Source: Cyanophora paradoxa CCMP329 (lineage: Eukaryota > Plantae > Glaucophyta). Taken from it: a DNA stretch of 64,000 bases. A program made the position numbers and the translations under genes. This document shows, piece after piece, positions 1 to 10,739 of the stretch. The stretch spans positions 62,001 through 126,000 of the forward strand of contig QPMI01000003.1 of the NCBI GenBank assembly GCA_004431415.1. Reading direction: 5' to 3'. The notes beneath the pieces are model-generated. The model did not search any database and was not told where the DNA came from. It was given only the letters and a program-made list of their open reading frames with translations. Every line of letters begins with the position of its first letter. Position 1 is the stretch's first letter.

Positions 1-3000
1 AAGCTCAAACCAAGCTTGCGATGGAAGGGTATGGCGGCTCTCTTTTGCGACCCTTTGAACGCCGGAGAAGCTGCTCATCGGTGACAGCAGCAGCAGGTCT
101 TGAAGCCAGCGCGGTGACAGGGCACGGAGGCCTCGAGCTCCCGCGGCCGGCGATGTCAATGAATCTGAAGCCTGCCGGTGGAGCCAGAGACAGGCAGTTG
201 CGGACAGAGCGTTGCTGATTAGGAGAGGCGAGATTGACGGAAAGAGTTCGAGCACTGAAACTTGCGATATCGACGCTAGAGGATCTGCGACATAGAGAAA
301 AGTGCCAGACGCTACTTCGGAAGATAAGAACTTGAGTCCTCCATCCGCAGTCGGCCACCAAACGCAGTCCACCACGTCAGAAACAGACTGCGACTTAGCT
401 GGGTGCGTGGACGTGGCCAGATATTCGATGAGATCAACTGCCGTAGTGACGTCGGGCTGCTGCAGCCGGTCACGATGCGATGAGAGGTGGGCGACGACAT
501 CCTGTGCAGCGACGTGCCGGAGTTGGACGTTTGCGTGGAGGAGCCCGGTAAGAACGTGCTCGGGCAAATCGACAAGGGGCAGTCCCGAGGACGCCAAATA
601 CTTCCACAGTGCGGTGCCAGGCTGGAGCAACTTCGTCTCGGACTGCTCCGGAAGCAAGACGTCCTTGGCGGCCCGCCAGGTGCCGGTGCCCCCGCTCTGC
701 TCGACCCACAGTAGCGGCTGATCAGAGCCGACGAGATAGTAGAAGGTTCGGGCGAGAAGCGCAGCGTAGTCGCTGCCACCCTGTAAAATCATACACATGT
801 TAATGTTCAATCAGGGTGCGTACGCGTGTCTCATGATCAGATATATAGAACGCTGAAAGATTAAACGAACCGTGTGAACGGGCCATGTCTTGTAAAATTC
901 TGATGAACATACATTTACATAAGGTGCAGAAGAAGCATGAAGTTCCGATACCAAGCCAAGAGCGTCGACGTAAGCGGGAGCTACGACGTGCTTCAGCAGT
1001 TGCTGGTTCCAATGAAATGTTTTCTTGTCATCACCCTGCAGATCTAGAATGTCAACATTATAGAACCGTGAAGATCATTGATTAAAAACGAACCTCCAAA
1101 TCCGCTCCCCACTGCAGGGCCCGACGATTGGTTGAGACAGCAAAGAAGCCGTGGACGTGGGTGCTCGAGCCTGTCTGTAGGGCTCCGACGGGGAGGAAGC
1201 AGTAGAGCTGTCCAGCCGCGGATGATGACTCAGAACACGCGCAGAGGGCGTGGTCGTGGAGGGGATGCAGGGGAACGGCGACAGCGGCGAGGGGAACGAA
1301 GCGCGAGTCGCGGTCGCAGAAGTGGGACATGTCTGTGCCGCCGTAACGGTAAGAGACCGCAAAGCTCTCCTCCCCTGCGCTGCTGCCCGCTGCCGTGCTG
1401 CTGTTCCGGCGCTCCCAGGCTACGCGAAGCCGAAATGAGTGCTTACGAGCCTGGGCCTCGGTCCCACCCTCCGGCATGTTCGGCCAGAATCTGCGACGCC
1501 CTTCGGCACCCTCGACCACTCGAGCCCTGTACCGCAGCCGCGGGGCATCCTCCCCGTCTTCCCACACGTAGGTCTCGATCTGTACGTAAGTAAAGAAAAA
1601 ATAACCTTCAGCCCTCAACGAGCGGAAGATTTTAAGACGGATCTCGGTCTCGTGCCGCCGACGTATCCGGAGAGATCTATTAAAGACTGCGGGGGCGCAC
1701 CGTTTCGACGTGGGGCAGGAAGCAGAGCAGGCGGGCGGCTTCCGACTCGAACTCAGCGAGGAGCTTGAGGAGGTCCTCACCCGTGAAAGTCTGCTTGCTG
1801 ATGCGCGACCGCACGACTTCCACGCCGCCCTCCCGCTCGGAGGTGCGGGCCGAGATGCGGAAGAGCGCGCCAGAGAGGTTTGGGTCGCGCGGGTCGCAGA
1901 CGGTGCCGTCATCCAAGACGAGCCGGAAGGACGCGAGCTGATCGGCGTATTTGTCCACTGGTCGGACGCCCTTCTCATCTGCCTTCTGCGAGAAAGATGT
2001 CAGCAGAGCAGCTGCAGGGCGCTAAGCCATAAACCAGTGCAGAAAGCAAATTGAAGGAGATAAATGCATATGTGAATATGAATGTATAGAATGCCGAGAC
2101 ACCATTTTATTATTTGTACTCGACCCAAAGAAAACTACTCACGAAAAGGTCCCGAATGCGAATGCTGCCCTCCATCGGGATGCGGCCTTGAGCGTCCGGT
2201 CTCCGGGTGATAAAGAAAGCGTGCGGGTCGCAGATCGCAAGCGAGCGGGACGAAACGACGCCTGCAGCGGAACATATGCGTGTGAGCTGAAGAAAGCAAA
2301 GTAGGAAAGCAGAAAGCCGGGACGTCCAGGCCGGGGGCACCAGGAGCGTCGGTGATGTGATATATACACTTGGATCCCAGGCCCCACTGCCCGATCTGAT
2401 TTTTACGCTTCGCCTTGTCGCTGTGCCCCGGGCTCCGCCACGAATTGAAGTTGTCATTCGAGAAGGATCTTCCATTATTGTAGAAGATGAACGCGGGAAC
2501 ACGCTGCAGCGGGGCTAATTTGCTGTCGACCAGCTTCTCGGCCGCGTGGCTCTTTCGCAGGTCGACGACAAAAACGGCGATCCTGTACAGAAGTCGTCAC
2601 AACACGCGAGAGACGCTCTCAAGCCGAGATCTGAAATGGTCGAAGGGGCCGACCGTGATCGCTAAGTGCAAGAGCATTTCAATTCTAGATCTAGCTATAG
2701 GCCCAAGTCCCAGTCCCTGATACACAAAATTAAAATAAAGTTCAATAGCTAGATCTCATCTGCATCGTGCCGGCTATATATATCCTAGCCCCAGGCCCTG
2801 ATACACGAAATTGAAATACAGTTCACGTGCACGTGCACGCACCGCGCTTCTGCGTCGTCAAAGTTCTGGAGAAACTCGCCTGCGCGCCGCGATAGGATCC
2901 CGGATTCGGAGCGATGTAAGGAAACGCATTTTGCAAATTGTAAGCATATACACGATGGCATGGGCCGCCGTCATGATCAAATTGAAGGACCGCGCACGGA

Positions 3001-3103
3001 GGATTTGCGTGCCGCCCGGGTAGTCTCGCAGCTTCAGAGCGATGTTCTCCGCGGGGTCCCAGACCTGCCCATATTCCTCCAACTCGTCATCAGGATTTTG
3101 CAT
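1..3103 (-). CDS. Sacsin-like protein (HSP90-like/GHKL ATPase sacsin repeat region), multi-exon, 3' end runs off the window
   Basis: Spliced minus-strand motifs: YGQ...KLRDYPGGTQIL, EFLQNFDDA (~2850-2880), IGQWGLGSKCIYHITD (~2350-2400), GALFRISAR...SRISKQTF...LLCFLPHV, GQLYCFLPV...HVHGFFAVSTNRR. These are characteristic of sacsin sr1/sr2 regions. Confidence 0.85.
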
Positions 3104-3809
3104 GGCTCAGCCTCGCTCTCCCTCTGCGGAAGTACTATTTGAGTGATTGCAATTGAATGCGCGGATGGAGGCCGGACCGCGGATCCGGATCCGGATGGAG
3201 GCCGGACCGCGGCCGGACCTAGGCCTGCGTGTCGCTCGTTCGTACGGCTTGTAGCTGATCAAAAGGCAGGCGTTAACGTTACGTGATCATGATTAGGCGA
3301 TAGCTGGCGCGGCGCCGGCGCGCGCGCGGGCGCGGGTCCAGCGGGGGCTGACCACGCTCATTCACACGAACCTAATCCAAGAATGTTTGCGTGTGCGCAT
3401 GCGCGAGAGACGAATATTAACGGCGCCGCCTGCGTAGGTTTCTCTTCGGCGCCCAGCGCGCGAGACATGCATATGGATGCAAACCGCAAGTGCACCTGCA
3501 ACGACTCGAACGCTCGACAGCGCGCTCGGCGGCCGCAGCGTTCGCCCCGCCGCGGCGCGACGCTGGCGCGACTTCGACTCGCCGCGCTTCGCTCACCACA
3601 CTTGCGTTTCGCAAGTTAGTGATGTCCAGGCTCTCCGGAGGTGCGGGGGCGCACCGATCGACGCGATTGTGGCTGAGAGTGGGTCTGCGTTTAGGAACGC
3701 ATACCCCCCGGGAGAGGCCCAACTTCCGCCAAGCGACCCAGGCAGATCCCAAGCGCGAGCGCCGAGCACATCCAGCACAGCTTAGGAAATTGCAGCTCAC
3801 GGGCTAGCG

Positions 3810-6120
3810 ATGCGGGCATGGCCGCTGCTCGGCGGCGCGCAGCGATCGCTCCTGCAAGCGGCCACTCTGCCGAGCGGCATTGTAGCGCATCTTACAGCAC
3901 CAGCGTCGGCGGCGTTAGCGGAGCCGGCACGATCGATCGCTCGAGTCGGGTGGCAGCGAGCCCGGGCCGGCGCGCTTACGTTGCACATGCGACGAGGCCT
4001 GTCATCGGTAGCAATCAGGTGCAGCGGCGCGGCGGCGCTCTGGCCCGTCGCCTTGGCGCGGCCGCTCGCATCGTTCGCAGCTGTGGCGGTCCGCCGCAAC
4101 TCCGCGCTCGCTGGCGGGGGCGCCCGGACGGCCGCGAGCCGCATTCGAGCGCGACTTGCTGCACGCCGAGCGCTACGAGAGAGCGAGGGAGAGGATGCGA
4201 CGGAGGTTGCAGGCGAACCCGCCCAAGAGATCGAGGCGCCGCAGCCAGCGCCCCGGCGGCGCCGTACAAGAGCAGTGCAGCAGGAAGAACAAGAGAAAGA
4301 GAACGAGGAGAACGCCGGGGAGGAGGTCGAGGAGACCCCTGCGGCGTCGAAGGCGCAGGCGGGCCGCCCCGCGTACCGCACGCTGACGGTGCCGGCGTGG
4401 GAGGACGGCACCCGCCTGGACCGCCTCATCAAGCGGCGCCTCCCGGGCATCCCCTTCTCGCGCCTGCAGCGCGCCCTCCGCGAGCGACACGTCCGCTCCG
4501 CCCCGCGGCCAGGCCGTCCCCCTCGCTGAACGCTATCCGCGCGCAGATTCGTGTGGGCTCTCTGGAGCGATCCGAGGCGCTGCGCCTGGAAGCGAGCGCG
4601 CGCATTCCCAAGGGCACCGATATCTACGTCCCCGAGGCGCGCCAGCGCCGGATGCCTTTGGCCTCGCACCGTCTCTGAAGCCGCCGGGCAGAGCCTGCTC
4701 GAGGAGTTTGGTGAGGCCGCGGCCGGCTCGGGGTCCTTCCAACCGACCCCCAGCGAGCGATCTGTACGCTCCTTATCCTTCCCGCCCCCCGCGCCGCCTC
4801 GGACGAAAGGTGTACCCCCTGCAGGATATGCTCCGCTCGGTCCTCTACCGCGACGACCACGTGCGCCCCTCCCCGGGTCCCCCCTCCCCAATCTTACCGG
4901 GGTACAGATCATCGTCATCAACAAGCCGCCGGGCCTGGCCACGCAAGGCGCGCCCCGCCCTCCCGCCCTGCGCCGCCCCGACGGGACCTGATGGGGCGTT
5001 GGGCAGGCGGGAGCGGCGTGATGCGGCACGTCGACGGCATGCTGGACGTGCTGCGCTTCGGGTCGCAGTACCGCCCCAAGCTCATCCACCGCCTCGACAA
5101 GGCGCCGGCCGCAGCCCCCGCGCTCGCACCCCCCGCGGCGCCCTGACGCCGGGCAGGACGCGAGCGGGTGCCTGATCCTTGGGCGCACGCCGGAGGCGAC
5201 CGCGTGGTACCAGGACCTCTTCCGCTCCTACAAGCTCCACACCGTGCGGCTCCCGCCTGTGCCCGCGTTCCCTCGAGCGCGGCCCAACCGCGCCCCGGGC
5301 CGGCCCCAGGGCCTGAGAAAGCTGTACTGGGCGGTGGTCCTGGGGGCGCCGCGCCCGCCGACGGGCCGCATCGTGGCGCCCCTCGAGAAGATCGAGACGC
5401 CGCAGGGCGAGCGCGTCGTCATCCGCCCCACTGTCCACAAGGGTCCGCCCCCGCCGCACACCCCTCCCCCTCCCCCCCCTCTTCCCCCGGCCCTTTCGTC
5501 GAGCGGGGCCGCAGACAACAAGGCCCGCTCTGCGATCACGGAGTACGAGATCCGCGAGAGCTTCGGCACCCTCGTGCGTCCCCGTACCCCCTTCCACTTC
5601 CGCCCCGCCTCTCTGGCCCACTCTTTCCGATCGCAGGCGTCCTGGATCGAGCTGGAGCCTGTCACGGGCCGCACGCACCAGCTGCGGGTGCGCAGGAGCG
5701 CTGCTGTACGCCTTGGACCTGGCGCCCACGGCCGGGGCGCGCGCAGGTGCACTGCTCGGAGGCGCTGGGGGCGCCCATCCTGGGGGACTCGAAGTACGGG
5801 ACCAAGGACTCTCTCGAGCGTACCGAGGCTCTCTCCGTGCGCTCGGACGCGCAAGCCGAACGAGATGCGATCTGACGGCCTCGCAGGGGCGCCTGGCCCG
5901 CGGAGGCGCCCGCCAGCTGCACCTGCACGCCCGGCGGCTCGTGCTGCCGCTGTACCGCCCGCGGGCGCCGCTCCCCTCGACGCTGCCGCCGCCGGAGCCC
6001 GGGCAGGAGAAGACCCTCGCGAAGCGCTTCCGGACCGTCGAGATCGTCGCCCCTCTTCCCCCGCACTTCCGCGCCACCTTCTCCGGCTTCCAGTTCCCCC
6101 TGCCCCCCGTCGGCAAGTAG
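3810..6120 (+). CDS. RluA-family (RluC/RluD-like) pseudouridine synthase with S4 domain, probably organelle-targeted
   Basis: S4-like RLDRLIKRRLPGIP; VINKPPGLATQG; catalytic HRLDK|DASG (restored across GC-AG intron 5102-5156); KLYWAVV; VTGRTHQLRVH; PILGDSKYG; LHLHA. Long basic N-terminal extension. The start codon is uncertain. Confidence 0.9.
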
Positions 6121-6414
6121 CCGCGCTCCAGCTCCCGCTAGCCCCCGTCCATGCCCTGAGCACGCGACCCAATGCCCGGTACCCGGTATAAGAGCTCTCC
6201 GCGGAATGATCGAGCATCCCCGCTTGCCCGCTTGCCTTCCACTCCCATGCCCGGCGTGAAGCGCAATAGCGGCGGATTTGAGCGCCCCGCCCCGCTACCG
6301 CGCTTGTTGCGCTACGCTCGTAGTCGATGGTCCTGCCTATTATTTCTTATTATTTGAAACAAAACGGACATCCGTGGCCGCCGAGCGCTCGACGCGACGG
6401 AGCGTCGTCACTAG

Positions 6415-6881
6415 CTAGGACGCGGCGCCTGTCGCCGTCGCTGCTGCTGCGGGCGCCGCCGCTGGCGCAGCCGCTTCTACCTGTTTTGCCGCCATCGCCG
6501 CCTCGATCCTCCGCTTCAGCGCGACGCCGAACTCGGAATCGATGTACTTGTCCTTCGTGTTGAGCAGATACGCGTCGAGGCTGCCGTGCCGATCTATGCA
6601 CCGCAGAGCGTGTGTCGTGACCTTGATCTTCATGCTCTCGCCGAGTATGTCGCTGCGCAGCGTCTTCGGCTGGACGTTCGGGAGCCATGTGCGCCGCGTC
6701 CTGCGGGGCGCGCGGCGTGAGCGGCCGTCGCGCGGAAGCAGACGGCCACCGAGGTCGCGCACTTCCTGTTGGAGAAAGACACGTTGTTGCCGTATGCCTT
6801 CTGCCGGCCGGCGAAGAGTCCCTCCTGCGCCCGCCCCATCGGGGCCGCCCGACCCAGCGTCGCGAGCACGCTGCGAATCAT
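6415..6881 (-). CDS. MRPL28: Mitochondrial ribosomal protein bL28 (2 exons: 6763-6881, 6415-6700)
   Basis: RAQEGLFAGRQKAYGNNVSFSNRK|TRRTWLPNVQ...MKIKVTTHALRCID...SLDAYLL, typical of the mitochondrial L28 family. Confidence 0.9.
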
Positions 6882-6973
6882 CCTCCGGCTGTGCCCGCGG
6901 CGCCTCTTTTTGTTGTTTCGTCAAATTCGCCTCCCTGCCCGGGTACACTTGTTCGTAAGTAGGGTCGCTCATC

Positions 6974-9029
6974 ATGTCCGCGGCCTTCGTAGCGCCCTTT
7001 GCTGCCGTTCGCCCCGGCGCGGCGCCGGTTGCGTCGTCGTCCTCCGTGGCGCCCGCGGCCGGGCTGCGGCGCGGCACCCCGAGCGATGCCCTCGCCTCCA
7101 GCAAGAGCGCCTTCCAGGCCGGCAGCGCACCGAGCCGCGCATTCTCTGCTCGTCGCAGCATGGCCGCCGCGCCGGCCGTCGTTCGTGCCCAGGCCGAGGA
7201 TGCCACCGCCGAAATCGCGGACACCCGCGCCTTCAAGCGCAACCTGAAGCAGTCCGACAAGTACATTGGGAAGAGCCTCGGCCACAAGGAGGAGGTCGAG
7301 GAGATGATGTCCAGCGAGTACCAGAGCGAGCTTATCCAGCAGGTTCGCAGCACGCCCCGCCCCTCGCCAGCCCAGCGCGGCGTCAGGGCCCCGCTGCGTC
7401 TGCTGCAAGCTCTAGTGCGGCACCTAGCTGCGCTAAACTTGACGCGCTGCGCCTTCGCACAGATCCGCGAGAACAACTACGAGTGGAAGAAGGGCGATGT
7501 CACCATCAAGCTGGCGAAGGCGTTCGGCTACTGCTGGGGCGTCGAGCGCGCCGTGGCGATGGCGTACGAGACGCGGAAGCACTTCCCGACGCAGAAGCTG
7601 TGGATCACGAACGAGATTATTCACAACCCCTTCGTGAACCAGCAGCTGAAGGACATGGGCGTGGAGTTCATCGAGCTGCAGAACAACGAGAAGGACTTCA
7701 GCGGCGTGCAGAACAACGACGTCGTGCGAACGCGCCCGGGCCCCCCACGCCACGCCCGCGCCGGCGCCGGCGCCCCGTCCCCCGACCGACGCCGCGCCCC
7801 GCAGGTCATTCTGCCGGCCTTCGGCGCGAGCGTGCAGGAGATGCAGCTGCTCAGCGACAAGGGTGTCACCATTGTTGACACCGTGCGCGCCCTGCACTCG
7901 CCCCGCGGAGGCTCTGCCTCGCCGCCGCTCACGTCGGCTGGGCGCCGCCGCAGACCTGCCCGTGGGTCGCCAAGGTCTGGACTTCGGTCGAGAAGCACAA
8001 GAAGACCTCCTCGACCTCCATCATCCACGGTGCGGCCGGGGCGGGCGGGCGCCCCTGCGGCCTCCTCTCGCGCGGACCCGAGCCGGCCGGCCGGCGCAGG
8101 CAAGTACGCGCACGAGGAGACGGTGGCGACGGCCTCGTTCGCGGGGACGTACCTGATCGTGCTCAACATGGACGAGGCTGAGTACGTCGCGAACTACATC
8201 CTCAACGGCGGCGACCGGTGCGCGGGGCCCGGGGCTCGGGCGCGGCGCCCGCTCCCGGCCGGGGCGCGCCGCTGAGCGGGGCGGCGCGGCGGGCAGGGAG
8301 GAGTTCATGAAGAAGTTTGCGAAGGCGATGTCCAAGGGCTTCGACCCCGACCGCGACCTCGTCCGGTGCGCCCCGCCCCGGCGCTCCCCGGGCGCCCCTC
8401 GCTGAGGGGCTTGGGGTGCAGGGTGGGCGTGGCGAACCAGACGACGATGCTGAAGGGGGAGACTGAGGCGATCGGCAAGCTCTTCGAGCGCACCATGATG
8501 CAGAAGTACGGCCCCGACAAGGTGCGCCTCCCCCCCGCGTCGGGCGGGGGGCGGGGCTGAGGCGTCGCTCGTGGGCGCAGCTGCAGGAGCACTTCATCGC
8601 GTTCAACACGATCTGCGACGCGACCCAGGAGCGCCAGGACGCGATGTTCGAGCTCGTGGACGACAAGCTCGACCTCATGCTCGTCGTCGGCGGCTACAAC
8701 TCCTCCAACACCTCCCACCTCCAGGAGATCGCCGTCCACCGCAAGATCCCCTCCTACCACATCGACTCGGCGGCGCGCATCCGCGGCCCCGCCGAGATCG
8801 AGCACCAGCCCCTCTTCGCCAACACCCTCGAGGTCACCAAGGACTGGCTCCCCGCCAAGGGCCCCCTCACCATCGGCATCACCTCCGGCGCCTCCACCCC
8901 GGACGTCTCCGTCGCCGAGGTCATCGAGAAGGTGCCCTACCCCCGCCCTGCCCTCCCGCGTACCCCCCTGATCCCCCTTGTGCCCCCCAGATCTTCGCCA
9001 TCCGCGAGGAGCAGAAGGTCGCCGAGTGA
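6974..9029 (+). CDS. ispH: 4-hydroxy-3-methylbut-2-enyl diphosphate reductase (HDR/IspH/LytB), plastid-targeted, MEP pathway
   Basis: [69 protein letters not shown]. Cyanobacterial-type N-terminal domain (DTRAFKRNL...EYQSELIQQ). Ser/Ala-rich transit peptide beginning MSAAFV. Confidence 0.97.
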
Positions 9030-9273
9030 GGGCCCGACCGGGTCCCGCCCCTAGCCCAGCAGCCGGCGCGGCTGCTCCCAGCCCTCTCGCCCCGCGTCCT
9101 GTCGAATGGAACGACGGGGCAGCGTTGACACGCGCAGCGCCCCTGAAGCCCGGGGGCGGACTCTGGGATGCAGGGGCCGAGCAGGCGAGCTGCATTTCCT
9201 ATAGCATTTCCTATAGTATATATTAGTACTTGCAAAACAACCTCCTGTAGCGGGGGCCGGGGGCCTGCGTCGC

Positions 9274-10436
9274 CTATTCTGCCTTGGCGGGCGCCGCGGG
9301 CTTGGCGGGTGCGCCGCGGTTGAGACGGAAAATCTGGGTGCGCGGGCGGGCGTGATCATGAGTGGGGCCCCGGGCGTGCGTGGGCCGGTTGAGCGGGCCA
9401 GCACCTCCCAGTTCAGCGCCGTCGCGAAGGACACCCACGCGCTGCCAAGCAAGGGACCAAGTCACATGAGAAGGCCGAGCGCGGCGTTCGGGTGGGGCGG
9501 GGAGGGGCGGGGCCAGTGGTGCCGCACCAGTACGGGAAGAGCAGCTTGCCCGCGACCGGGGAGACGTCGTGGAAGGCCTTGGTTGTGGCGAGCAGGGTGC
9601 CTGCGGGCCGGCGCCGGCGCCCGCCGGTGAGTCGCCGGCGGCGAGCCTCGGAGCGGCCCCTCGGTGCGATGCATCGATGGGACCGGAGGCTCGAGCGCGG
9701 CCGCTACCGCACCGAGCAGGGCTGTGATTTCCAAAGCGGCGGCGCCGATCTTGTGCTGCACGCCGGGTGGAATGAATTTGAAGAAGTAGATACAGGCAGC
9801 GGCATGGCGCATGCGCAGCCCCAGAGCGCCAGCGGACCTTCACGAAGAAAAGCGGCGACCAGGCGAAATTGAGGGCGAGCTGGATCCTTCAAAGATCAAC
9901 ACCAGGACCCGGGATTCGAGGATTGGGAGCAGAAATTCCGGAAGCGACCTGGGCGAGGAAAAGCTTGATGGGGAAGGAGAGGCCGCCGGTCGCCTTCGAC
10001 ACCATCCACGCGGAGACGCCCATCATTCTGCAGGAGGGGGCCGGCGCCGGAGGTGGAGATCTAAAGTGAGCGTGCGGACCGCTACAACTCGGATCAAATC
10101 GCGTACGTGTACAGCGTCGTCCATACCGGTCCGAATATCCACGGTGGGCTGCGTGGGCTAGCGTGAGCGGGCGCGCGCGCGCCGGCGCGTACCAACGCGT
10201 ACGGCGTCCATGTCGGTTTACGAATTCTCTGATACCTAGGAAGACGTCAGGGCCGCGGCGACGCGCTGCGCACCGCGGCGCTTTCGCCGGTGCGCGCGCG
10301 CCAGACGATCGCACCATCCTTTCACCTCGCGCGCCGTGTAGATGGCGCCTGCGAAGCCGCCGGAGACGCACAGCGCGATCCAGCCGCCGCACGCCGCAGG
10401 CGTGCCGGATGACAGGGTTGAGAAAACTGATCCCAT
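9274..10436 (-). CDS. TSPO: TspO/MBR family translocator protein (multi-exon)
   Basis: Spliced reading WYQRIRKPTWTP, PWIFGPVWTTLY, MMGVSAWMV, QLALNFAWSPLFF, LLFPY, AWVSFATALNWEIFRLN. Confidence 0.92.
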
Positions 10437-10486
10437 GCCGATTCTGCAGCCGTGCTGTGCCGCTTAAGCTTCAGTCCGCTCAAGGC

Positions 10487-10565
10487 AGTGTCCTGTCCTC
10501 AGTGTCCTGAGTGTCCTGCACTGTCCTGAGTGTCCTGCACTGTCCTGAGTGTCCTCAGTGTCCTG
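10487..10565. repeat. Short degenerate tandem repeat (~9-10 bp unit, core TGTCCT) in the TSPO/EPC divergent intergenic region
   Basis: agtgtcctg tcctc agtgtcctg agtgtcctg cactgtcctg agtgtcctg cactgtcctg agtgtcctc agtgtcctg. Confidence 0.85.
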
Positions 10566-10739
10566 GGTACAAGAAATAGGAGTCAAGGCAGTGAGCCAAC
10601 TACGAGCCAACAGCGAGCTGAGCGAGATGAGGTGGAGATGAACTGATAGAGGCCCGAGGGCGGGCATCGTCGCAGCTTCGGCGGCAGCATCGGGGCGCGG
10701 GGCTACGGCCAGCGTCCCGAGGCCTGCCTTGGAGGCTCG

